Shown here: one piece after another, positions 63,258-64,000 of the stretch
How positions within the stretch are numbered: position 1 is the first letter of the stretch
Layout: each line of letters begins with the position of its first letter
From: Clostridia bacterium
Lineage (GTDB): Bacteria; Bacillota; Clostridia; RGIG6154
DNA length: 64,000 nucleotides
NCBI GenBank assembly: GCA_045648505.1
Contig: JAZROD010000032.1
Span: forward strand, 722-64,721
Reading direction: 5' to 3'
Program-made: the position numbers and the translations under genes
The notes under the pieces: generated by a model
Seen by the model: only the letters and a program-made list of their open reading frames with translations
Told to the model about the DNA's origin: nothing
The model's database searches: none

Positions 63258-64000
63258 GTGTTATACAGTATTCACATTGAAAACATTGCCATAATGGACA
63301 ATGTTAACCTGCAGTTTCAGGAAGGCTTTAATGTTCTTACGGGACAGACAGGTGCAGGAAAATCAATTATAATAGATTCGGTTAATTTGCTCACAGGTGA
63401 AAGAAGCTCAAAAGAGCTTGTTCGTGGCGGAGCAGACAAAGCCCTTGTTGAAGGTGTGCTTTACACCGGCGACAAAAGGGTTTTTCTTGCTCTTGAAGAA
63501 AGCGGTATTGAGTATGAAGAAGGCGAGCCTTTAATCATAAGCAGAGAAATTTCAAAAGACGGAAGAAGTATGGTCAGAATCAACAACAGAGTGGCAACAA
63601 CGGGTCTTTTAAAGCAAATCTGCTCAAAGATTATAAATATTCACGGTCAGCACGACAGTCAGGAGATTTTGGATGAAAAATCTCATATAAGATTTTTAGA
63701 TGCTTTTGCAAAAGTGGAAAAAGAGCTTGAAGAATATAAAGAAGCATACCTTCTTATGCAGGAATGTTTAAGAAAAATTGAAGAAACAAAGCAGGAAGAT
63801 TCTTTGAAAGAACAGAAAAAAGAACTTCTTGAATTTGCAATCAAAGAAATCAAAGAAGCAAGACTCCAGGCAGGGGAAGAAGAAGAACTCAAAAACACAA
63901 GAAGCAGATTTTTAAATAACGAAAAAATCAGAAGTTGTATTGCAGAAGGGGTTATTTCTTTAAATGGTGATGAAAACACAAAAGGCGCAAGAGAACTTCT
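63258..64000 (+). CDS. recN: DNA repair protein RecN, N-terminal part (continues beyond the window)
   Basis: Not in the ORF track because there is no stop in the window. Own translation from GTG 63258: VLYSIHIENIAIMDNVNLQFQEGFNVLTGQTGAGKSIIIDSV... with Walker A. Canonical position after argR. Confidence 0.85.
   Translation, partial: MLYSIHIENIAIMDNVNLQFQEGFNVLTGQTGAGKSIIIDSVNLLTGERSSKELVRGGADKALVEGVLYTGDKRVFLALEESGIEYEEGEPLIISREISKDGRSMVRINNRVATTGLLKQICSKIINIHGQHDSQEILDEKSHIRFLDAFAKVEKELEEYKEAYLLMQECLRKIEETKQEDSLKEQKKELLEFAIKEIKEARLQAGEEEELKNTRSRFLNNEKIRSCIAEGVISLNGDENTKGAREL

Overview
This is a 64-kb segment of a low-GC (roughly 35% by eye) Firmicutes/Clostridia-type chromosome. All family calls come from motif recognition by eye on the supplied translations and DNA; no database or structure search was possible.

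Left edge (1-4.1 kb): a truncated IS3-family element, an MBL-fold hydrolase, a tRNA-Gly/Arg/His cluster behind a consensus promoter, and a cation:proton antiporter paired with a short ClC channel.

Accessory locus (4.3-34.1 kb): one AraC-family gene followed by 14 co-directional genes.
- Six giant signal-peptide proteins of 931-1363 aa (7247 aa in total) dominate it. They are built from right-handed beta-helix cores, SLH triads, a CBM6-like module and Ig-like/LamG-like modules.
- Two recurrent modules could not be assigned to any family: a ~160-240 aa module present seven times, and a ~90 aa C-terminal module ending in a hydrophobic-W-[ED]-x-[FS]-x-x-L-[KF]-P motif.
- Interleaved are four leaderless glycoside hydrolases (5-bladed-propeller-like, GH140/DUF4038, a clan GH-A-like barrel, GH63-like), an embedded HU-like gene, and a YgjV membrane protein plus nucleoside-hydrolase pair.
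- No ABC/PTS importer, cohesin/dockerin or LPXTG signal is visible.

Remainder (34.3-64 kb):
- tRNA-Asn.
- A G1PDH-like/SDR/Cys-rich/Gfo-Idh-MocA cluster.
- carD and radA.
- A processive GT2 plus a DUF1292 protein.
- An orphan promoter, structured RNA and terminator unit.
- A LacI-controlled operon for an unusually compact (661 aa) glycyl radical enzyme with a GH1 and an activase.
- A complete t6A operon (tsaE-tsaB-rpiB-dCMP deaminase-sua5/tsaC-rimI-tsaD).
- A 1634-aa SLH-anchored five-module GLUG-type protein.
- serA-serC.
- The conserved dxs-tlyA-nadK-argR-recN block.
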